A DNA stretch of 13,416 bases from Octopus sinensis. Taxonomy: Eukaryota. The stretch covers positions 1 through 13,416 of the forward strand of contig NW_021826165.1 of NCBI RefSeq assembly GCF_006345805.1. Direction: 5' to 3'. Every line of letters begins with the position of its first letter. Position 1 is the first letter of the stretch. The notes under the pieces are model-generated. The model had not been told where the DNA came from. It saw nothing but the letters and a program-made list of their open reading frames with translations, and searched no databases. The position numbers were made by a program, and so were the translations under genes. Shown in pieces: positions 8,062 through 13,416 of this stretch.

Positions 8062-8200
8062 ATTCAAACATTCCAGGCTTGTCACTATGTTACACTGAGA
8101 CTACCCGAGTATGTCGGCAAAAGTAGACGTGTCTGTGGAATACTCAACCACTTGCATTTCACTATATGGAGCACAGTTGACTGAACAACTGGAATATCCA
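8062..8200 (+). mobile_element. Decayed family B body type 2 fragment
   Basis: AGTAGACGTGTCTGTGGAATACTCAACCACTTGCA...CAACTGGAA matches the reverse complement of about 5462-5545. Confidence 0.75.
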
Positions 8201-8430
8201 CTACTTTTGTTGATTTCCTTGAGAAGAGCTGCAGATGCAGAGCGAGAAGGCGAGTTAAAGAGAGATGACTGTATGAGACATCACCTGAGATATAAGGCGG
8301 TGCCTTTGACCTTTGCATTTATTCCATCACCGACAAAGATGCTGAGAAGAAAGACGGATGTGAAGTGCTACTTTAAAATGCCGTCTACAGCAGTATCTGT
8401 AGTCTATGCAGTGAAATGGCCAGATCTGTG

Positions 8431-8857
8431 TTAGGATTAAGGCGACGGTTTAGGGTTAAATTTAAGATTTAGTGTTAGGGTTTAGAGTTTGAGGGTTAAG
8501 TTTAGATTTTAGGTTAGGTTTAGACTTAGGATTTTGGGTAAGGGTTTACTGTTAAGTTTTGAGTTTAAGGTTCGGTTTTAGGGTTAGGTTTAGGGTTTGA
8601 GAAAGGCTAAGGCTTAAGGTTTAGAGTTAGAGTTTAGAATCAGGGTTTAGTATTGGGCTTAAGGTGAGGGCTTAAGGTTAGGGCTTAAGGTTAGGGTTTA
8701 AGGTTAAGATTTAGGTTAGGGCTTAGGTTTTAGGTTTTAGGTAAGGATTAGGAGTTAGGTTTTGGATTAGGGTTAGGTTCTAGGTTTAGGGTTAGGTTTT
8801 AGGTTTAGGGTTAGGGCTAGGCTTTCAGTTAAAATTAAGATTAAGATCAGGGCTAGA
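8431..8857 (+). repeat. Degenerate interstitial telomere-like (TTAGGG-related) array
   Basis: Mix of TTAGGG, TTTAGG, TTAGG and TTAAGG units, with local 13-bp and 19-bp higher-order periods. Confidence 0.85.
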
Positions 8858-8949
8858 TTCCACGCTCAAGGGAAAATGACCAGATACGCCTCAGGCTAAA
8901 GTGACATCAAATGTTATCTTCAAAACGGAGACCTGCTCTAAGTGTTTGC

Positions 8950-9240
8950 AGCAGACTAGATTCCGTTAAAGCCGTCCAAGAATTAGGCTATGGAGTTAAA
9001 CAAGGTGACATATTAAGACTATTACACGACAACAGAAATCATTTGTCTGATGGGCTCCTGTGCAGTCTTCTATCACGTTTCTATCCAAAGTCTTTGGTTG
9101 GCTCGCGGCTATGACAAAGGACAGTTTAATAAGTTGCCTTGTGAAAAGACTGAACACAGGAACACGTGAGGGCGAAGCGAAATTGTTAACTAAGAAGCCA
9201 TGTTTGTACCCGAATAGTGAAGGACAAGAGTGCTGTAGGT
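8950..9240 (+). pseudogene. Possible decayed LINE reverse-transcriptase fragment
   Basis: ORF 8911..9114 contains GVKQGDIL, matching the non-LTR RT motif GV[KR]QG.xL. Downstream frames give only vague RTE-like similarity and no YADD/FADD. Confidence 0.3.
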
Positions 9241-9545
9241 AGCATATTCTACCCTTTAAGCAAACTTACAGCTGATATTTCGGTGAGAAAATACCCCCAT
9301 CAATCAGGCAAATTTGTTTGTTTGTCTGTTATGTTTCTTAAATAAGCGAAAACGCGAGAATCCTCTCCAGAGATTCCCAAAGATATTTATTTTTGGTTTG
9401 TCGGAAACATCAAGGAGATTTAAAAAAGCATGAACATGTGCGCGTAGAAACATACACTTAGTATATACGAATATATAGACACATTCACTAACACGCACGT
9501 ATGTACATACACACATTTACCTATAGATACATGTATGAGCATATC

Positions 9546-9629
9546 TCTATATATTATATATATATATATAATATATTCATGCATATAACATTTAAATACG
9601 CTCATGGACACATTGATACACACACACAC

Positions 9630-9676
<47 letters not shown>
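9546..9676. repeat. (TA)n and (CA)n microsatellites
   Basis: Directly visible. Confidence 0.92.
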
Positions 9677-9678
<2 letters not shown>

Positions 9679-9756
9679 TTATAAATTAGTTAACAATTTT
9701 AATTTCAAAACCGTATAATACATATCATATATGTTTATTTATTCTCCTACTCCTTA

Positions 9757-9804
9757 GATGATGACGACAATGATGATGATGACGACGACGATGATGATGA
9801 TGAC

Positions 9805-9839
<35 letters not shown>

Positions 9840-9886
9840 CGATGATGATAATGACGATGGCGATGATGACGATGATGATGATGATG
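9757..9886 (+). repeat. (GAT/GAC)n microsatellite
   Basis: Directly visible. Confidence 0.95.
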
Positions 9887-9956
9887 GTGTGCGGATAATG
9901 AAAAACTTTATACCGTTTAACAAACCCGAATCCCTGTTTATCTCTTTAGCAGAAGT

Positions 9957-10013
9957 TATATAAATATATATACACACATGCACGCGCTCGCACACACACA
10001 CGCACGCACACAT

Positions 10014-10045
<32 letters not shown>

Positions 10046-10060
10046 CACACACACGAACAC

Positions 10061-10102
<42 letters not shown>

Positions 10103-10104
10103 CT
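9957..10104 (+). repeat. (TA)n(CA)n microsatellite
   Basis: Directly visible. Confidence 0.95.
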
Positions 10105-10228
10105 CATGTATAGAATTCATATTTCGAAGGCCTACAAAATACATTACAAATAAGACACAAAATCTCGTCAGATTGCTAATATGGAACGGACTAGGACTTG
10201 TATCGTAAAAAATATATAGATTTCAGTC

Positions 10229-10520
10229 GAGGGCGCATGGCCTAGTCGTTAGGATGCTGCACTCGCATTCTCTAAATCGCGGTTTCAATCCCCGGACCGG
10301 CTGTTGTGTTGCGTTGCGTTCTTGAGTAAAACGCTTCATCTCACGTTGCTCAGCGATCATTTCGACAACTGACCCCTGGTACACCTGTGCACCTGTTCAG
10401 GCAAGATCGATTTGATTGTAAGGGGAGTGAGCTAATAAGCGGCACGAACATTTGATCACTATAAACGAATTATTTGCACAGGTTGTTCAGCAAAGAATTG
10501 CAGAACCGTTTTTCTTTGAC
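10229..10520 (+). mobile_element. Diverged tRNA-derived SINE with a family B-related head and a fourth body type
   Basis: GAGGGCGCATGGCCTAGTCGTTAGG...CACTCGC...ATCGCGGTTTCAATCCCCGGACCGG...TTCTTGAGTAAAACGCTT parallels GAGGCGCAATGGCCCAGTGGTTAGG...GACTCGC...CGCGGTTTCGATTCCC...TTATTGAGCAAAAACACCT. The 3' end is approximate. Confidence 0.7.
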
Positions 10521-10687
10521 TAAGACACATTACCATCCTCACCATCAGATAGATTTTTTTGCTCGAGGATAAAAAATTAAAATGCTGTGATTGGAAGAAA
10601 TCGATAAATACTTTTAGTTTAATGTGTCACAGGTATCGATTAACGATTTTACACACTCTTTATATAAAAGATTTTTTATATATCATA

Positions 10688-11168
10688 GGCGCAGGAGTGG
10701 CTGTGTGGTAAGTAGCTTGCTTACCAACCACATGGTTCCGGGTTCAGTCCCATTGCGTGGCACTTTGGGCGAGTGTCTTCTACTATAGCCTCGGACCGAC
10801 CAAAGCCTTGTGAGTGGATTTGGTAGACGGAAACTGAAAGAAGGCCGTCGTATATATGTATATATATATGCGCGCGTGTGTATGTGTGTGTATGTGTGTG
10901 TGTGTGTATGTGTGTGTGTGTGTACGTGTGTGTGTGTGTGTGTTTGTGCGTGTGTGTGTGTGTCTGTGTTTGTCCCCCCAACATCGTTTGACAACCGATA
11001 CTGGTGTGTTTACGTCCCACGTAACTTAGCGGTTCGACAAGAGAGATGGATAGAATAAGTACTAGGCTTACGAAGAATAAGTCCTGGGGTCAATTTGCTC
11101 GACTAAAGGCGGTGCTCCAGCATAGCCACAATCAAATGATTGAAACAAGTAAAAGAGTAAAAGAGAGT
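10688..11168 (+). mobile_element. Family C CORE-like SINE with internal microsatellite
   Basis: GGCGCAGGAGTGGCTGTGTGGTAAG head, GGTTCAGTCCC B box, microsatellite at ~10850-10962 and GTAAAAGA tail; collinear with 3664-4151. Confidence 0.92.
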
Positions 11169-11185
11169 ATATTGCCTTCCAATTA

Positions 11186-11581
11186 CAAGCATACCTCAAC
11201 TTACGTCGGTAATGACTCCCAAGACATGCGACTCAAATAAAAAAAAATGACGTAAAACGAAAAATCAGTTTTAAAACTTTAACTTTTAATAAACAATTTC
11301 TACATATCTTCACCTGTATTTTTTTGATTTTTTTCCCACTTCCGTATTGGTTTTTAAGTATTTGAAAAAATTTATTTAAGCTTTTACGTATATTAGCTAA
11401 GATCGAAGTAAAGTCGGATAAATCAAAGGAACACGAGATTTATTTTTTTTTCCTAATTATTTTCTTAAAAGAAACAAACAAAAATAACGATGTTATAACG
11501 ATGTTATAAAAGAGTAAAAGAGAAAGAGATGTAAAATCGAAAAATACGTAACTTGAAACGACGTAAGTTGAGGTGTCTTTG
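11186..11581. mobile_element. Non-autonomous DNA transposon (MITE), Tigger/pogo-like
   Basis: 23-bp TIRs: CAAGCATACCTCAACTTACGTCG (11186-11208) versus the reverse complement of 11559-11581, CAAAGACACCTCAACTTACGTCG (20/23, perfect 16-bp core). TA on the left flank, AA on the right; AT-rich non-coding interior. Confidence 0.8.
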
Positions 11582-11659
11582 AATATAAAAATATACCTGT
11601 ATTTTGTGATACTATGTTGAGCACTCCCGGTTTTTGGTTACCGTAACGACCACAGCAGA

Positions 11660-11682
11660 AACTACAACAACACCAACAACAT

Positions 11683-11739
<57 letters not shown>

Positions 11740-11760
11740 TTACTACTACTACTACAACAT
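11660..11760 (+). repeat. (CAA)n/(CTA)n microsatellite
   Basis: Directly visible. Confidence 0.95.
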
Positions 11761-11902
11761 CAGTCAGAAGCAAAACTTTTATAGATCTGTCACCATTAAA
11801 ATTCTGGGGCATTAGTTATTCGCCATAAACACAGTAATTGAATCTCTTTGAAACAGCACATGATGTTGATGTTATACCTGTCTGCACGTGTATAGATACT
11901 GC

Positions 11903-12163
11903 ACATACATACATACATACATACATACATACATACATACATACATACATACATACATACATACATACAACATACATACATGCATACATACATGCATACA
12001 TACATAAAAGTGCATACATGTATTTATAAATTATACACACATATACATACATGCTATATAATATATATATATATGTATGTATTTATATATAATGTATATA
12101 TATGTATATTATATATATGTATATATATAGTATATATAATATATGCATAATTATATACATGTA

Positions 12164-12194
<31 letters not shown>

Positions 12195-12214
12195 CTATAT
12201 ATATATATATAAAT

Positions 12215-12286
<72 letters not shown>

Positions 12287-12290
12287 CAAA
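11903..12290. repeat. (CATA)n followed by a long degenerate (TA)n tract
   Basis: Directly visible. Confidence 0.95.
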
Positions 12291-12466
12291 TACATGCTCG
12301 ATTATACAGAAAAACCGCTCATAAAACTATCGTTAGGAGAGCTAATGAACTTAAGGAGAACATGAAATAACGTTGATACAAATCTCTTGTCCAACAAATA
12401 TTGAAAAGTCCTACTTAACGCAACATCATCAACGACAATATCTTAATTGCCACAACGGCATCAGGT

Positions 12467-12538
12467 GAAGACAGTTGCCATCAGGAGGACAGCTGCAATA
12501 ACAAAGACAGTTGCCATTACAAGGACAGTTGACACTTT
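12467..12538 (+). repeat. 18-bp minisatellite, four units
   Basis: GAAGACAGTTGCCATCAG / GAGGACAGCTGCAATAAC / AAAGACAGTTGCCATTAC / AAGGACAGTTGACACTTT. Confidence 0.8.
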
Positions 12539-12625
12539 GTGTGGTTGGGGTTTACGTGAAAGATGTAGGGAAAGAAAGGGGAAAGACGGTGAAATGAGAC
12601 AAAAGTATACATAGTATATTTTTTT

Positions 12626-13100
12626 GCGCAGGCGTGCGTGGCTGTGTGGTAAGAAGCTTGCTTCACAACCACACGGTTCCGAGTTCAGTCCCACTGCTTG
12701 GCATCTTGGGCAGTGTCTTCTGTTATAGACTCGGGCCGACCATAGTCGATTTAGCATCGGAAACTGAAAAGAGCTTGTGTATACGCACAAACACTCACGC
12801 ACGCACACACACACACACACACACAAACACACACATGTGCGTGTGTATGTTTATGTGTGTGTATTTATGTGTGTGTGTCTCTTTGTGCCTGTGTTTGTCC
12901 CCACCCACTATCACTTGACAACTGATGTTGGTGTGTTTATGTCTCCATAACTTAGCGGTTCGGCAAAAGAGAACCAATAGAATAAGTACAAGGCTTACAC
13001 AAAAATTAAGTCCTGGGGTCAACTTCTTCAACTAAAACCCTCTAAGGCAGTGCTCCAGCGTGGCCGCAGTCAAATGACTGAAACAAGTAAAAGAATAAAA
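12626..13100 (+). mobile_element. Family C CORE-like SINE, more diverged copy
   Basis: Collinear with the other two copies, with a short internal deletion near 12740-12760 and an internal (CA)n then (TG)n tract. Confidence 0.88.
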
Positions 13101-13194
13101 AATATTATATGTACAAAGTATTTGGTCACATGAATGATGCAGTCCTCCTTGGTAGAATAGGACACCTATCTTAGGTCAATCAAGGAACCCCAAA

Positions 13195-13317
13195 GATCTG
13201 TCATCTTCAAATCAGGTGTCACCTTTCTGGTTTCGAGAAGCCTAATTTTTCATGATTGGTATTTAGGCAGTGTGTTACATATCCCAGTGCCCCAATAATT
13301 ACAGGTATAAGAAATTT
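13195..13317 (-). mobile_element. C-terminal fragment of an RLE-type (restriction-like endonuclease) non-LTR retrotransposon ORF
   Basis: KFLIPVIIGALGYVTHCLNTNHEKLGFSKPER*HLI*R*QI. IPV[IV]IGALG followed by ..L..LG is the typical end of the RLE domain of R2/R4/NeSL-type elements; stops indicate decay. Confidence 0.75.
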
Positions 13318-13325
13318 ATGTATAC

Positions 13326-13360
<35 letters not shown>

Positions 13361-13416
13361 TGTATGTATGTATGTATGTATGTATGTACGTACGTACGTA
13401 CGCATGCATGCATGTA
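13318..13416 (+). repeat. (TATG)n microsatellite
   Basis: Directly visible. Confidence 0.95.

Noticed and set aside
7312-8184. Cys/His-rich ORFs as metallothionein-like or zinc-binding proteins
   Set aside because: They are open in several overlapping frames because of the 12-bp TGTCACA repeat, and the region looks SINE-derived.
8431-8857. True chromosome end
   Set aside because: The array is short, highly degenerate and flanked on both sides by ordinary sequence.

Overview
Eukaryotic, repeat-saturated non-coding DNA (intronic or intergenic) with no recognisable intact host gene. Nearly all ORFs in the track are translations of microsatellites or SINEs. The repeat families resemble octopus/coleoid cephalopod tRNA-derived SINEs (inference from recall, not a database search). 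Three SINE head types occur: (A) GGCGGCGAGCTGGCAG, one intact copy with a 16-bp TSD plus three decayed copies; (B) GGCGCAATGGCCCAGTGG, three copies with one head but three different 3' bodies, plus a diverged fourth; (C) GGCGCAGGAGTGGC, CORE-like with an internal microsatellite, three copies. Also present: LINE remnants (RTE-like C-terminal C2H2 finger and 3' end, an RLE-type IPVIIGALG fragment, two weak RTE-like pieces), a Tigger/pogo-like MITE, a spacerless ~184-bp palindrome whose arms carry a degenerate Penelope-type minimal hammerhead motif, a degenerate telomere-like array, 37/18/12-bp minisatellites and many microsatellites. I see no convincing new protein-coding system. The most notable structures are the palindromic hammerhead-like element and the modular, nested and same-site SINE architecture.
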